Of a stretch of DNA of 64,000 nucleotides, positions 19,439 through 30,636 are shown in pieces. The notes beneath the pieces are model-generated. The model saw only the letters and a program-made list of their open reading frames with translations, did not search any database and was not told where the DNA came from. The DNA comes from Angustibacter luteus (GTDB taxonomy: Bacteria > Actinomycetota > Actinomycetes > Actinomycetales > Angustibacteraceae). Where the stretch lies: NCBI RefSeq assembly GCF_039541115.1, contig NZ_BAABFP010000005.1, positions 682,001 to 746,000 on the forward strand, written 5' to 3'. A program made the translations under genes and the position numbers. Positions within the stretch are counted from its first letter, which is position 1. Every line of letters begins with the position of its first letter.

Positions 19439-20389
19439 TTAGGACCCGATGTCGTCCGGGTCCCGTGGGGCGTCCGGGTCCCGTGGGGCTGCAGGGTCTG
19501 GCGGCACGCGCGAGTCTGCCTCGTCCGGCACGCTCGGCTCGTCCTGCTCGTCCTGCGCGTCGAACTCGTCGAACTCGTCGCTGACGTCCACGTCCCCGTC
19601 GTCCGAGCCGGTCCAGCGGATGGTGAGCTCGCCGAGCGGGCTGACCTGGTCGAAGCCGACGGCCCCGTCGCGGAACAGCTCCAGCAGCGCGAGGAACCGG
19701 GCTACCACCATGAGCGTGCTCTCGGCGTCCGCGGTGAGCGCGCGGAACGTGGTGGTCCGGCTGCGCCGCAGCACGTCGATGATCACGGCGGCCTGCTCGC
19801 GGACGCTGACCGCCGGGGCGTGCAGGTGCGCCAGCCCGACCGTGGGGGCGACCTTCGGCGCCAACGCCTGCGCCGCGATGGCGGCCAGCTGCTCGGGGGT
19901 GATGCTCATGATGAGCTCGGGCAGCAGGTTCGCGAAGTGCGGCTCCAGCGTGTTCTGCCGGGCGGTCCGGCGGGCGGCGTCCGCCATCCGCTCGCTGAAC
20001 ACGGCAGCCACCTGCTTGAACGCGCGGTACTGCAGCAGCCGGGCGAACAGCAGGTCGCGCGCCTCGAGCATGGCGAGGTCGTCCTCGTCCTCGACCTGCG
20101 CGGACGGCAGCAGCCGCGCCGCCTTCAGGTCCAGGAGCGTGGCGGCGACGACCAGGAACTCGCTGGCCTGGCCGAGGTCCCAGTCCCCGCCTTCGCCGGC
20201 GTGCCCGCGGATGTGCGCCATGAACTCGTCGGTGACCCTGGCCAGCGACACCTCCGTGATGTCCAGCTGGTGCTTGGAGATCAGCCCCAGGAGCAGGTCG
20301 AACGGTCCCTCGAAGACATCCAGGTGCACCTGGAACGGAACCGATCGACCCCGCCCGGTGGCCGGCGCGGCGTCGTCCACGACGACCAC
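19439..20389 (-). CDS. scpA: Segregation and condensation protein A
   Basis: FEGPFDLLLGLI, SEFLVVAATLLDLK, FLALLEL; start uncertain within a few codons. Confidence 0.92.
   Translation of the reverse strand: MVVVDDAAPATGRGRSVPFQVHLDVFEGPFDLLLGLISKHQLDITEVSLARVTDEFMAHIRGHAGEGGDWDLGQASEFLVVAATLLDLKAARLLPSAQVEDEDDLAMLEARDLLFARLLQYRAFKQVAAVFSERMADAARRTARQNTLEPHFANLLPELIMSITPEQLAAIAAQALAPKVAPTVGLAHLHAPAVSVREQAAVIIDVLRRSRTTTFRALTADAESTLMVVARFLALLELFRDGAVGFDQVSPLGELTIRWTGSDDGDVDVSDEFDEFDAQDEQDEPSVPDEADSRVPPDPAAPRDPDAPRDPDDIGS
19453..19488. repeat. 18-bp direct repeat x2 in the scpA tail
   Basis: CGTCCGGGTCCCGTGGGG twice (PRDPDA/PRDPDD). Confidence 0.75.
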
Positions 20390-20394
20390 CTGGC

Positions 20395-21288
20395 TCAGGC
20401 GGCGTCGCCGCGGGCGATGAGCTCGCGAGCCAGCTGCCGGTAGGCCTCGGCACCTGCGTGGGTGGACGCGTAGGTGGTGATCGGCTCCGCGGCGACCGAG
20501 GCGTCGGGGAACTTCACGGTCCGCGAGATGACGGTGCGGAAGACGTTGTCCCCGAAGGCCTCGACGACACGGGCGACGACCTCGCGGCTGTGCAGCGTCC
20601 GGCTGTCGTACATCGTGGCCAGGATCCCGTCGATCTCGAGCCGGGGGTTGAGCCGGTCCTGCACCTTCTCGATCGTCTCGACGAGGAGGGCGACGCCACG
20701 CAGCGCGAAGAACTCGCACTCCAGCGGGATCAGCACGCCGTGCGCGGCGGTCAGCGCGTTGACGGTCAGCAGTCCCAGCGAGGGCTGGCAGTCGATGAGC
20801 ACGACGTCGTAGTCGTCGAGCACGGGGCGCAGTGCCCGTCCGAGCACCATCTCGCGTGCGACCTCGCCCACGAGCTGCACCTCGGCGGCGGACAGGTCGA
20901 TGTTGGCGGGCAGCACGTCCAGCCCCTCGATGGCCGTGGTGCGGACGACGGAGCGCACGTCGGTGGAGCGGTCCATCAGCACGTTGTAGATGGTCACGTC
21001 GAGCTCGTGCGGATTGATACCGAGCCCGACGGACAGCGCGCCCTGGGGGTCGAAGTCGACCAGCAGCACCTTGCGGCCGACCTCGGCCAGGGCGGCGCCG
21101 AGGTTGATCGTGGTGGTGGTCTTGCCGACCCCACCCTTCTGGTTGCACATCGCGATGATGCGCGCCGGCCCGTGCGACGACAGCGGGGCCGGCTGCGGGA
21201 AGTCGATCTCCGGACGGCCGGTCGGCCCGAGCTCGGTGTCGACGGGAGCCATCGGGAGCTCAGCGGACGTCGGTGGCTGGGCGGTCAC
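20395..21288 (-). CDS. ParA/Soj family ATPase
   Basis: NQKGGVGKTTT, DFDPQG, IDCQPSLG. Confidence 0.93.
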   Translation of the reverse strand: MTAQPPTSAELPMAPVDTELGPTGRPEIDFPQPAPLSSHGPARIIAMCNQKGGVGKTTTTINLGAALAEVGRKVLLVDFDPQGALSVGLGINPHELDVTIYNVLMDRSTDVRSVVRTTAIEGLDVLPANIDLSAAEVQLVGEVAREMVLGRALRPVLDDYDVVLIDCQPSLGLLTVNALTAAHGVLIPLECEFFALRGVALLVETIEKVQDRLNPRLEIDGILATMYDSRTLHSREVVARVVEAFGDNVFRTVISRTVKFPDASVAAEPITTYASTHAGAEAYRQLARELIARGDAA

Positions 21289-21395
21289 GGGCGGTCGACT
21301 CCAGGTGCGGACAGGTCGGGCGGCTCGGGGCGAGCGGTGTCCGTGACCCTAGCCGCGGGCCGCCCGGCGCTTCAAGGCACCCCGCCGTCCAGCAC

Positions 21396-22358
21396 TCACA
21401 AGGCCCGCGGGTGGGCGGCTGCGTAGACCTCACGGAGCCGGTCGGCCGTGACGAGCGTGTACAGCTGGGTCGTCGTCACCGACGCATGGCCGAGCAGCTC
21501 CTGGACCACCCGGACGTCGGCGCCGCCGTCGAGCAGGTGGGTGGCGAAAGAGTGCCGCAGGGTGTGCGGGCTCACGTGCCCACCCAGGTGGGCCCGCTCG
21601 GCCGCCACCCGGAGCACCGACCACGCGCTCTGCCGGGACAGCCGCCCGCCGCGGGAGTTCAGGAACAGCGCGGTGGCGCCCCGCCCGTTCGCGGCCGACC
21701 CGTGCACGGCGAACCCTGGCCGGGCCCGTACCAGGTAGGCGCGCACAGCGTCCCGGGCGAACGATCCCAGGGGCACCACCCGCTCCTTGCGGCCCTTGCC
21801 GAACAGCCGCACGGCACCGTGCTCGAGGTCGACGTCGTCGACGTCCAGCCCGACCGCCTCGCTGATCCGGGCGCCGCAGCCGTACAGCAGCTCGAGCAGG
21901 GCGCGGTCACGCAGCGATGCCGGGCTGTCCCCCACGGAAGCGGCCTCGAGCAGCCGCTCCACCTCGCCCGTGCTGATGGCCTTGGGCAACCGCTTCGGCG
22001 CGCTCGGGGGCCGGACGTCGGCGGCCGGGTCGTGCGTGGTGACGTCCTCGAGCAGCAGGAACCGGTGCAGACCGCGGACCGCGACCAGGCAGCGCGCCGA
22101 GGACGCCGCAGTCAGCGGCTGGTGGTCCGCGTCCCCCTCTCGCAGGTGCATGACGAACGCGGTGACGTCGGCCTCGGTCACCGCTTGGGGGTCGACGACC
22201 GACCGGTCGGCCAGGAAGGCGGTGTATCGACGCAGGTCGCGCCGGTAGGACGAGAGCGTGTTCGCGGCCGCGCCCCGCTCGACGTCCAGGTGCGCCAGCC
22301 AGCCGGAGACGGCGGCGGTGAGCGCCGCCGACGCCTCCGGCGCGGGCTGTGCGCTCAG
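21396..22358 (-). CDS. xerD: Tyrosine recombinase XerD (probable CTG start)
   Basis: N-terminal [17 protein letters not shown] lies upstream of the ORF-track start; catalytic R (GARISE), HTLRH, LLGH, TTQLY. Confidence 0.9.
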   Translation of the reverse strand: MSAQPAPEASAALTAAVSGWLAHLDVERGAAANTLSSYRRDLRRYTAFLADRSVVDPQAVTEADVTAFVMHLREGDADHQPLTAASSARCLVAVRGLHRFLLLEDVTTHDPAADVRPPSAPKRLPKAISTGEVERLLEAASVGDSPASLRDRALLELLYGCGARISEAVGLDVDDVDLEHGAVRLFGKGRKERVVPLGSFARDAVRAYLVRARPGFAVHGSAANGRGATALFLNSRGGRLSRQSAWSVLRVAAERAHLGGHVSPHTLRHSFATHLLDGGADVRVVQELLGHASVTTTQLYTLVTADRLREVYAAAHPRAL

Positions 22359-23470
22359 GCGAGCACCTCGGCGAGCGGCACGGACGTCATCCCGTGCGCC
22401 TCGGCGACCGGGGCGTAGGTGACCTGGCCGTCGTGCGTGTTGAGACCGAGCGCCAGGGCGCGGTCGGCCTGCAGGGCGGAACGCCAGCCGCGGTTGGCCA
22501 GCTCGACGGCGTACGGCAGCGTCACGTTGGTCAGCGCGTACGTCGAGGTGTGCGGGACGGCGCCCGGCATGTTCGCGACGCAGTAGAAGACCGAGTTGTG
22601 CACCTGGTAGGTCGGGTCCGCGTGCGTGGTCGGACGGGAGTCCTCGAAGCAGCCGCCCTGGTCGATCGAGATGTCGACCAGCACGCTGCCGGGCTTCATC
22701 CGGGAGACCTGCTCGTTGGTGACCAGGGTCGGGGCCTTGGCACCGGGGACGAGGACGGCACCGATCACCATGTCGGCGTCCATGATCGCCTGCTCGACCT
22801 CGTACGCGTTGGACGCGACGGTCTGGCAGTGACCCTGGTAGATCGCGTCGACCTGACGCAGGCGCGCGACGTTGCGGTCCAGCAGGAGCACCTCGGCCTG
22901 CATGCCGAGCGCGATGGCCGCCGCGTTCATGCCGGACACGCCAGCGCCGATGACGACCACCTTCGCCGCGTAGACGCCGGGCACCCCGCCCATCAGGATG
23001 CCGCGGCCGCCCTGGGCGCGCATGAGGGTCGCCGCCCCGACCTGCGGAGCCAGCCGACCGGCGACCTCGCTCATCGGGGCCAGCAGCGGGAGGCTGCGGT
23101 CCGGCAGCTCGACGGTCTCGTAGGCGATGCCCGTGACCTTGCGCTTGGTGAGCTCCTCGGTCAGCGGCTTGTCAGCGGCCAGGTGCAGGTACGTGAAGAG
23201 CGTCTGCCCCTCCCGCATCCGGTCGTACTCGGACGCGATCGGCTCCTTCACCTTCAGGATGAGGTCGCCAGTACCCCACACGTCGTCGGCGCCGGACAGG
23301 ATCGTCGCGCCGGCGGAGACGTAGTCCTCGTCCGTGATGGAGGAGCCGACACCTGCCTCGGTCTCGACGAACACCTCGTGACCGTTGCGCACGAGCTCGT
23401 TCACTCCGGACGGCGTGATCGCCACCCGGTACTCGTGGTTCTTGACCTCGCGGGGAATACCGACCTTCAC
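22355..23470 (-). CDS. ald: Alanine dehydrogenase
   Basis: [43 protein letters not shown]. Confidence 0.96.
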   Translation of the reverse strand: MKVGIPREVKNHEYRVAITPSGVNELVRNGHEVFVETEAGVGSSITDEDYVSAGATILSGADDVWGTGDLILKVKEPIASEYDRMREGQTLFTYLHLAADKPLTEELTKRKVTGIAYETVELPDRSLPLLAPMSEVAGRLAPQVGAATLMRAQGGRGILMGGVPGVYAAKVVVIGAGVSGMNAAAIALGMQAEVLLLDRNVARLRQVDAIYQGHCQTVASNAYEVEQAIMDADMVIGAVLVPGAKAPTLVTNEQVSRMKPGSVLVDISIDQGGCFEDSRPTTHADPTYQVHNSVFYCVANMPGAVPHTSTYALTNVTLPYAVELANRGWRSALQADRALALGLNTHDGQVTYAPVAEAHGMTSVPLAEVLA

Positions 23471-23636
23471 GGTCACACGTCCTTTGCGCGCACCGCCACC
23501 GTCAGGCGCCATTGCCCGACGGTCAGCCCCGATCTGGGGTGGCAGCGCGAGTCTAGCCGGGGCCGCTGCCCGCCCCCGCCCGGCAGAGTGTCTGCCGGAA
23601 CAGCGCTTTTCGACAGTTTTACGTCGGGCGGTGGCC

Positions 23637-24050
23637 TCAGGAGGTGCTGGCGGCCGCTCCCCAGCCGTGCCAGTGATCGATCTCGATCCACGCGCTGACC
23701 CGCGGCCGTTCGCGGTTGGGGTAGGCGTCCCCGCCGTAGTGCCGGGACAGCCGGTCGATGTCGGCCAGCTCTGCGTCGTCCCGCCACTCGACGACCCTGC
23801 CGCGGATGCTGACGTGGGTGTACCAGGCACCGTCCTCGAGCGCGGTGAGCGCGACGCGACCGTCGTGGCGCAGCCACTCGACCCGGGCCCGGCCACCGTC
23901 CATGTTCACCAGGATCCGGCCGTCGTCCTCGACCAGGTACCAGGTGGCCACGGCGAACGGCTGACCGTCCGGCATGGTGCCCGCGATGACGGCGGGGTTG
24001 GCCCGTCGCAGCAGGTCCATCGTGTCGTCCGGCAGGGGTGGGGTGGGCAT
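23637..24050 (-). CDS. PPOX-class F420-dependent oxidoreductase
   Basis: PDGQP...TWY, DGRVAL, VSIRG pattern; GAGG RBS. Confidence 0.8.
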   Translation of the reverse strand: MPTPPLPDDTMDLLRRANPAVIAGTMPDGQPFAVATWYLVEDDGRILVNMDGGRARVEWLRHDGRVALTALEDGAWYTHVSIRGRVVEWRDDAELADIDRLSRHYGGDAYPNRERPRVSAWIEIDHWHGWGAAASTS

Positions 24051-24090
24051 GTTCGTCCTCTCGTCGACCAGGGGCTGACACGATCCTCAC

Positions 24091-24777
24091 ATGGAACTCG
24101 ACGCGGTCATCCGCCGCCGGCGCATGGTGCGCGCCTACGACCCCGACCGCCCCGTCCCCGGTGAGGTGATCGACCGGGTGCTCGACCACGCCGTGCGCGC
24201 CCCCAGCGCAGGCTTCAGCCAGGGCTGGGACTTCGTGGTCCTGCGCGACGACGCGTCCCGCCGGACCTTCTGGAGCACCACGAAGGAGGACGACGGTCCG
24301 CCGGACGCCTGGTTGCGGGGTCTGATGAGCGCCCCGGTACTCGTGCTCTGCCTCAGCGACAAGGACGCCTACCTCGACCGTTATGCCGAGCCGGACAAGG
24401 GCTGGACGGACCGCGCCGAGTCGCACTGGCCGATCCCCTACTGGGACGTCGACACCGGGATGGCCGCACTGATGATGCTGCTCACCGCGGTCGACTCCGG
24501 GCTCGGCTCGTGCTTCTTCGGGGTGCCGGGTGAGCGGCACGACGCCGTCCGGCGGGCGTTCGCCATCCCGGGCGGACGCCGCGTCGTGGGGGTCGTCTCG
24601 GTCGGGTACGCCGCCGCCGACCGCCGCTCCCCCAGCCTGCGCCGGGGTCGTCGTCCGGTCTCCGAGGTCGCCCACGAGGGCCGGTTCGGGCAGCAGTACC
24701 GCGCCACACCGAGCGGCCTCAGCCACGTCGACGACGGCGTGGGCGATGATGAGGCGGCCCGTCCGCTGCAGACCTGA
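24091..24777 (+). CDS. Nitroreductase family protein
   Basis: [24 protein letters not shown]. Confidence 0.88.
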   Translation: MELDAVIRRRRMVRAYDPDRPVPGEVIDRVLDHAVRAPSAGFSQGWDFVVLRDDASRRTFWSTTKEDDGPPDAWLRGLMSAPVLVLCLSDKDAYLDRYAEPDKGWTDRAESHWPIPYWDVDTGMAALMMLLTAVDSGLGSCFFGVPGERHDAVRRAFAIPGGRRVVGVVSVGYAAADRRSPSLRRGRRPVSEVAHEGRFGQQYRATPSGLSHVDDGVGDDEAARPLQT

Positions 24778-24793
24778 GGAGCTCTCCCGCGCC

Positions 24794-27259
24794 ATGGCAC
24801 GTCGATCGTCGCCCACCCCTCCGCCCGAGGACTACACCGAGCGGATCGTCGACATCGACGTCCAGAACGAGATGCAGGACTCGTTCCTCGAGTACGCCTA
24901 CTCGGTCATCTACTCGCGCGCCCTGCCGGACGCGCGGGACGGCCTCAAGCCGGTGCAGCGCCGCATCCTGTACTCGATGTCCGAGATGGGCCTGCGCCCC
25001 GAGCGCGGGCACGTGAAGAGCTCCCGGGTCGTCGGCGAGGTCATGGGCAAGTTCCACCCGCACGGCGACGGCGCCATCTACGACGCGCTCGTCCGGATGG
25101 CCCAACCCTTCTCGCTGCGGCTGCCCGTCGTCGACGGGCACGGCAACTTCGGATCGCCCGACGACGGCCCGGCGGCCATGCGGTACACGGAGGCGCGGCT
25201 GGCCCCGGCCGCGCTGCTGATGACGGCCTCGCTGGACGAGGCGACCGTCGAGTTCGTGCCGAACTACGACGACCAGCTGACCCAGCCCGAGGTCCTGCCC
25301 GCGGCCTACCCCAACCTGCTGGTCAACGGCGCCAGCGGCATCGCGGTCGGCATGGCGACGAACATGGCCCCGCACAACCTCGTCGAGGTGATCGGCGCGG
25401 CGAGGCACCTGATCGCGCACCCCGACGCGACGCTCGACGATCTGATGCGCTTCGTTCCCGGGCCGGACCTGCCGACCGGCGGCCGGATCGTCGGCCTGGA
25501 CGGGATCCGCGAGGCGTACGAGACGGGCCGCGGCACCTTCCGCACCCGGGCCACGGCTCGGGTGGAGGCGATCACCCCTCGCCGCAAGGGCATCGTGGTC
25601 ACCGAGCTGCCGTACACGGTCGGCCCCGAGAAGGTGCGCGAGAAGATCGTGGACCTGGCCCGGGCGAAGAAGATCCAGGGCATCGCGGACGTCGTGGACC
25701 TGACCGACCGCAGCCACGGGCTGCGGCTCGTCATCGAGGTCAAGAACGGCTTCAACCCGGACGCCGTGCTCGAGCAGCTGTACAAGCTGACGCCGATGGA
25801 GGACTCCTTCGGCATCAACAACGTGGCGCTGGTCGACGGCCAGCCACGCACCCTCGGCCTGCGCGAGCTGCTGCGGGTCTACGTGGACTTCCGGATCGAC
25901 GTGGTGCGTCGCCGCAGCCAGTTCCGGCTGGCCCGCCGCGAGGAGCGGCTGCACCTCGTCGAGGGCCTGCTGGTGGCCATCCTGGACATCGACGAGGTCA
26001 TCGCGATCATCCGGTCCAGCGACGACGCGGACACCGCGCGGACCCGGCTGACCCAGGTGTTCGACCTGTCGACGCAGCAGGCTGAGTACATCCTCGAGCT
26101 CCGGCTGCGCCGGCTCACCAAGTTCAGCCGGATCGAGCTCGAGAAGGAGGCAGAGGAGCTGCGCCGCCAGATCGAGGAGCTGCGCGCCGTGCTCGGCGAC
26201 GAGGGCGCGCTGCGACGCGTCGTCTCCGACGAGCTCGCCGAGGTCGCCAAGGCGCACGGCACTCCCCGGCGCACCGTCCTGCTGGCCTCGGCCGGTGCCC
26301 CGGCGACCGCGGCCACCCCCCTCGAGGTCGCCGACGACCCGTGCTGGGTGCTGCTCTCGTCGACCGGGCTGCTGGCCCGCACCGCGAGTGACGAGCCCCT
26401 CCCGCACTCCGGTGAGCGGCACCAGCACGACTCGATCCTGGCCGCGATCCGCACGACCGCCCGTGGCGAGGTGGCTCTGGTCACCTCCCGCGGCCGCGCT
26501 CGCCGGCTGTCCGTCCTCGAGCTGCCCTCCCTGCCACCGACGAACGGCTCCCCCAGCCTGGCCGGCGGTGCCCCGCTCGGCGCCTTCGTCGACCTCCCGG
26601 CGGGCGAGCGCGTGCTGACGCTGAGCTCGCTGGACGCCGGTTCGGTCGGCCTCGCGCTCGGCACCGCCCATGGCGTGGTCAAGCGGGTCGTCCCGGACCA
26701 CCCGGGCGGCCGCGAGGAGTGGGAGCTGATCGGGCTCAAGGACGGCGACGAGGTCGTCGGTGCGGTCGAGCTCGCCACCGAGGCCGTGGAGCTGTGCTTC
26801 ATCACCTCGGACGCCCAGCTGCTGCACTTCCCGGCGGCGTCCGTGCGACCTCAGGGCCGACCGGCCGGCGGCATGGCCGGCGTCAAGCTCGGGGCGGGCG
26901 CCACGGCCGTCTGGTTCGGCGCCGTGGACCCGGCGGCGGACGCCGTGGTGGTCACCGTCGCCGGGTCGACGGGGGCCCTGCCCGGCACCGAGCCTGGCGC
27001 CGTCAAGGTGACGCCCTGGTCGGAGTACCCCGGCAAGGGGCGCGCCACCGGCGGGGTCCGCTGCCACCGCTTCCTGCGGGGCGAGGACACGCTGATCCTC
27101 GGCTGGGCCGGTGCGACCCCCGCGCGGGCCAGCGCCGCGAACGGCAGCGCACTCGAGCTGCCCGCCGCCACCGGCAAGCGGGACGGGTCCGGCGTCCCGG
27201 CGCCGGCTCCGATCGCCGCGGTCACCGCTCCGGCCGGCCCGGTCTCCCCGGCGAACTGA
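24794..27259 (+). CDS. parC: Type IIA topoisomerase subunit A, ParC-like (topoisomerase IV)
   Basis: [14 protein letters not shown], catalytic AAMRYTE; no GyrA-box seen in the CTD; not adjacent to oriC genes. Confidence 0.85.
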   Translation: MARRSSPTPPPEDYTERIVDIDVQNEMQDSFLEYAYSVIYSRALPDARDGLKPVQRRILYSMSEMGLRPERGHVKSSRVVGEVMGKFHPHGDGAIYDALVRMAQPFSLRLPVVDGHGNFGSPDDGPAAMRYTEARLAPAALLMTASLDEATVEFVPNYDDQLTQPEVLPAAYPNLLVNGASGIAVGMATNMAPHNLVEVIGAARHLIAHPDATLDDLMRFVPGPDLPTGGRIVGLDGIREAYETGRGTFRTRATARVEAITPRRKGIVVTELPYTVGPEKVREKIVDLARAKKIQGIADVVDLTDRSHGLRLVIEVKNGFNPDAVLEQLYKLTPMEDSFGINNVALVDGQPRTLGLRELLRVYVDFRIDVVRRRSQFRLARREERLHLVEGLLVAILDIDEVIAIIRSSDDADTARTRLTQVFDLSTQQAEYILELRLRRLTKFSRIELEKEAEELRRQIEELRAVLGDEGALRRVVSDELAEVAKAHGTPRRTVLLASAGAPATAATPLEVADDPCWVLLSSTGLLARTASDEPLPHSGERHQHDSILAAIRTTARGEVALVTSRGRARRLSVLELPSLPPTNGSPSLAGGAPLGAFVDLPAGERVLTLSSLDAGSVGLALGTAHGVVKRVVPDHPGGREEWELIGLKDGDEVVGAVELATEAVELCFITSDAQLLHFPAASVRPQGRPAGGMAGVKLGAGATAVWFGAVDPAADAVVVTVAGSTGALPGTEPGAVKVTPWSEYPGKGRATGGVRCHRFLRGEDTLILGWAGATPARASAANGSALELPAATGKRDGSGVPAPAPIAAVTAPAGPVSPAN

Positions 27260-27313
27260 CGCTCGCGCCCTGACGCCCGCGCTGGGCGGGCGCCTGCTCG
27301 CGGTGGGACCCGC

Positions 27314-29449
27314 TCAGGCGTCGATGCGCTCGCGGTCGAGGTCGGCGGCGCCCTCGACGAGGAAGTCCTTGCGCGGGGCCACGTCCGACCCCATGAGCAG
27401 CTCGAAGACGCGCTCGGCGCGCTCGGCGTCCGGCACGGTGACGCGGCGCAGGGTGCGGTGCCGAGGGTCCATGGTCGTCTCGGCCAGCTGGTCGGCGTCC
27501 ATCTCGCCCAGGCCCTTGTAGCGCTGGATGGGCTCCTTGTAACGCTTGCCCTTCTTCTCCAGCTGCTTGAGCAGCGTGCGCAGCTCGGTCTCGGAGTAGG
27601 TGTAGACGACCTCGTTCTTCTTGCTGCCCGGGTTGACGATCTCGACCCGGTGCAGGGGCGGCACCGCCGCGTACACCCGCCCTTCGTCCACCAGCGGGCG
27701 CATGTAGCGGAAGAACAGCGTGAGCAGCAGCGTGCGGATGTGCGCACCGTCGACGTCGGCGTCCGTCATCAGCACGATCCGGCCGTACCGGCGGGCCTCG
27801 AGGTCGAACGATCGGCCCGAGCCGGCGCCGACCACCTGGATGATGGAGGCGCACTCGGCGTTCTTGAGCATGTCCGCGACGGACGCCTTCTGGACGTTCA
27901 GGATCTTGCCGCGGATCGGCAGCAGCGCCTGGAAGTCGGACGAGCGGGCCAGCTTGGCGGTGCCCAGGGCGCTGTCCCCCTCGACGATGAACAGCTCGCT
28001 GCGCTCGAGGTCGGTCGTGCGGCAGTCGGCCAGCTTGGACGGCAGCGACGAGGTCTCGAGCGCGTTCTTGCGACGCTGCGTCTCCTTGTGCAGTCGCGCG
28101 CTGATCCGCGTCTTCATCTCGGCGACGACCTTCTCGAGCAGCAGCGCGGACTGCTGCTTGGCGCCGCGCTTGGTCGAGGTCAGCAGCTCAGTGAGCTCCT
28201 TCTCGACGACCCGGGACACGATGCCGCGCACCGCATTGGTGCCCAGCACCTCCTTCGTCTGGCCCTCGAACTGGGGCTCCGCGAGACGGACGGTCACCAC
28301 GGCGGTCAGGCCCGCGAGCACGTCGTCCTTGTCGACCTTGTCGTTGCCGGCCTTCAGCCGCCGCGCGTTCGACTCGATTTGCTTGCGGAACGTCTTGATC
28401 AGCGCCGTCTCGAAGCCGGCCAGGTGGGTGCCGCCCTTGGGGGTCGCGATGATGTTCACGAACGAGCGGACGTGGGTGTCGTAGCCGATCCCCCAGCGCA
28501 GCGCGATGTCGACCTCGCACTCGCGCTCGACCTCGGTCGCCGTCATGTGGCCGCGCTCGTCCAGCACCGGCACCGTCTCGTGGAAGCGCCCGGTGCCGTG
28601 CAGTCGCCACACGTCCGTGACCGAGGTGTCGTGGGCCAGGAACTCGACGTACTCGGTGATGCCACCGTCGTGGTGGAACACCTCCTCGTGCGGGCCGTCC
28701 GCCCCCGGCGTCCCGGGGAGCCGTCGCTCGTCCCGGATCACCAGGGCCAGGCCGGGCACCAGGTAGGACGTCTGCCGGGCGCGCGTGACCAGGTCGTCGT
28801 AGGTGAACTCCGCCTCGCTCAGGAACACCTGCGGGTCGGACCAGTAGCGGATCCGGGTGCCCGTGACGCCCCGCTTGCCCCGGCCGACGTGCAGCTCCGA
28901 GCGGGAGACGAACGGCTCGAAGGCGGCGTCCGGCGAGGGCTGCGCCGTCCCGTCCTTGAACGTGCCGGGCTCACCGCGCCGGAAGCTCATCGAATGCACC
29001 TTGCCGCCACGCTCGACGTGCACGTCCAGCCGCGAGGACAACGCGTTGACGACGCTCGCGCCGACACCGTGCAGACCACCCGTGGCCGTGTAGGAGCTGC
29101 CGCCGAACTTGCCGCCCGCGTGCAGCTTGGTGAACACCACCTCGACGCCGGACAGGCCCGTTCGCGGCTCGATGTCGACCGGGATGCCCCGGCCGTCGTC
29201 GTGCACCTCGACCGAGCCATCAGCGTGCAGCGTCACCTCGATGCGGTGGCAGACCCCCGCCAGCGCCTCGTCGACGGCGTTGTCGATGATCTCCCACAGG
29301 CAGTGCATGAGCCCACGGCTGTCGGTGGAGCCGATGTACATGCCTGGCCGCTTGCGGACCGCCTCGAGACCCTCCAGCACCGACAGGTGTCGAGCGGTGT
29401 AGTCACCCTCCGTGACGGTCCTGCGGCGTGCTGCGGGCTGGGCGCTCAA
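27314..29449 (-). CDS. parE: Type IIA topoisomerase subunit B, ParE-like
   Basis: VRKRPGMYIG, EIIDNAVDE, GGLHGVG, TOPRIM EGDSA and DADVDG; TTG start after AGGAG. Confidence 0.87.
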   Translation of the reverse strand: MSAQPAARRRTVTEGDYTARHLSVLEGLEAVRKRPGMYIGSTDSRGLMHCLWEIIDNAVDEALAGVCHRIEVTLHADGSVEVHDDGRGIPVDIEPRTGLSGVEVVFTKLHAGGKFGGSSYTATGGLHGVGASVVNALSSRLDVHVERGGKVHSMSFRRGEPGTFKDGTAQPSPDAAFEPFVSRSELHVGRGKRGVTGTRIRYWSDPQVFLSEAEFTYDDLVTRARQTSYLVPGLALVIRDERRLPGTPGADGPHEEVFHHDGGITEYVEFLAHDTSVTDVWRLHGTGRFHETVPVLDERGHMTATEVERECEVDIALRWGIGYDTHVRSFVNIIATPKGGTHLAGFETALIKTFRKQIESNARRLKAGNDKVDKDDVLAGLTAVVTVRLAEPQFEGQTKEVLGTNAVRGIVSRVVEKELTELLTSTKRGAKQQSALLLEKVVAEMKTRISARLHKETQRRKNALETSSLPSKLADCRTTDLERSELFIVEGDSALGTAKLARSSDFQALLPIRGKILNVQKASVADMLKNAECASIIQVVGAGSGRSFDLEARRYGRIVLMTDADVDGAHIRTLLLTLFFRYMRPLVDEGRVYAAVPPLHRVEIVNPGSKKNEVVYTYSETELRTLLKQLEKKGKRYKEPIQRYKGLGEMDADQLAETTMDPRHRTLRRVTVPDAERAERVFELLMGSDVAPRKDFLVEGAADLDRERIDA

Positions 29450-29503
29450 CGGTGGTGTGCTCCTGGTTCGCGAATCGGGCCGGACCTCTCAAGGCCCACC
29501 CGA

Positions 29504-29525
29504 AGGTTACCGATCCATACCGACA
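29504..29525 (-). promoter_or_regulatory. PafBC/RecA-NDp-type promoter of parE
   Basis: TGTCGG-tatggatcgg-TAACCT, exact match. Confidence 0.7.
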
Positions 29526-29601
29526 GACCGATGGAGGCAGGCCGCGCCGGAGGTCGAGCAGGGTTCAGCGTTCAGCGAACCGCCGGTCAAGCTGCACGGC
29601 G

Positions 29602-29627
29602 GGAACGTTCTGACGTGCTTGACTGTT
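29602..29627 (+). promoter_or_regulatory. SigH/SigR-type ECF promoter
   Basis: GGAAC-N18-GTT upstream of the small Cys/His protein gene. Confidence 0.55.
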
Positions 29628-29694
29628 ATGCAGGTCGACGGCGCCGGACTTGCTCGGCGCCACCGTTGTCCCTGACGAGGAAAAGGAAGGTGAC

Positions 29695-29922
29695 GTGACC
29701 AGTACTCTCGCCACCAGTCCGCTCACCGCTGCTGACCGTTGCGACCGGTGCGGGGCCCAGGCCTACGTCCGCGTGATGCTCCTGAGCGGGGGCGAGCTGC
29801 TGTTCTGCGCCCACCACGGCCGCGAGCACGCCCCGGCGCTGACGTCGGCCGCCGCGACCATCCAGGACGAGAGCGAGCGGCTCCGTGAGACGCCCGCTGT
29901 CGCGCCCGAGGACGAGCGCTGA
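29695..29922 (+). CDS. Small conserved actinobacterial Zn-ribbon-like protein (DUF7455-like)
   Basis: LTAADRCDRCGAQAYVR...LFCAHH; AAGGAAGG RBS. Confidence 0.82.
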   Translation: MTSTLATSPLTAADRCDRCGAQAYVRVMLLSGGELLFCAHHGREHAPALTSAAATIQDESERLRETPAVAPEDER

Positions 29923-29946
29923 CCCCGACCCCCACGCACCTTCGAG

Positions 29947-29976
29947 AGGCCCCGGCGCACCGCGCCGGGGCCTTTC
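29947..29976 (+). terminator. Intrinsic terminator
   Basis: AGGCCCCGGCGC-acc-GCGCCGGGGCCT followed by TTC. Confidence 0.75.
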
Positions 29977-30019
29977 GCGTCCCGGCACGGGGGTCGCGGC
30001 CCTGCCAGACTCTGCCGCT

Positions 30020-30499
30020 GTGACCCCCCTCGACGTCCTGCTCGCGCTGGTGATCCTGGTCGGGCTGGCCGGTGTGGTCGTGCCCGTGCTGCCCGGACTG
30101 GTGCTGGTGCTCGGCGCCGTCCTGGTGTGGTCGCTGGAGCGTCAGGACGCGACGGGCTGGGTGGTACTCGCCGTCGTGACCGTGCTGTTCGCGGTCGGTC
30201 AGGTCGCCAAGTACCTGCTACCGGGCCGACGGCTGCGCGAGGCGGGAGTCCCCGCGTCCACCATGCTCGCCGGTGCGGCCCTGGGGATCGTCGGCTTCTT
30301 CGTCGTCCCCGTGGTCGGGCTGTTCCTCGGGTTCGTGCTCGGCGTGTACCTGGCCGAGCTGGCGCGCACCCGTACCCACGCCGACGCGTGGCCGTCGACC
30401 GTGCACGCCCTCAAGGCGGCCGGCTGGAGCATGCTCATCGAGCTCGCCGCCGGGCTGCTGATGACAGCCGCCTGGGTCGCCGGGCTGCTGGTCGCGTAG
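30020..30499 (+). CDS. DUF456 family membrane protein
   Basis: GLAGVVVPVLPG, GFFVVPVVG..GFVLGVYLAE. Confidence 0.82.
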   Translation: MTPLDVLLALVILVGLAGVVVPVLPGLVLVLGAVLVWSLERQDATGWVVLAVVTVLFAVGQVAKYLLPGRRLREAGVPASTMLAGAALGIVGFFVVPVVGLFLGFVLGVYLAELARTRTHADAWPSTVHALKAAGWSMLIELAAGLLMTAAWVAGLLVA

Positions 30500-30636
30500 G
30501 GAGCCTAGACCGGGCGCGGAGTACCGCGAAAGCACCCGGCCCGGTAGGGCTGCCGTGGTAGTTTCCGAAGACGTAGATCGGTCCGGGAACGGTGCCCTGC
30601 ACCCCTGACGGACGTGCGGCGGAGGATCGGGTGACG

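Noticed and set aside
21396..22358. Tyrosine recombinase as a prophage or island integrase
   Set aside because: It sits in the conserved ald-xerD-parA-scpA context, with no att repeats or phage genes.
24719..29698. Long antisense ORFs (e.g. 24719-27067, 27458-29698; also 2649-4454, 37205-38812)
   Set aside because: Shadow frames of high-GC genes with no recognisable motifs.
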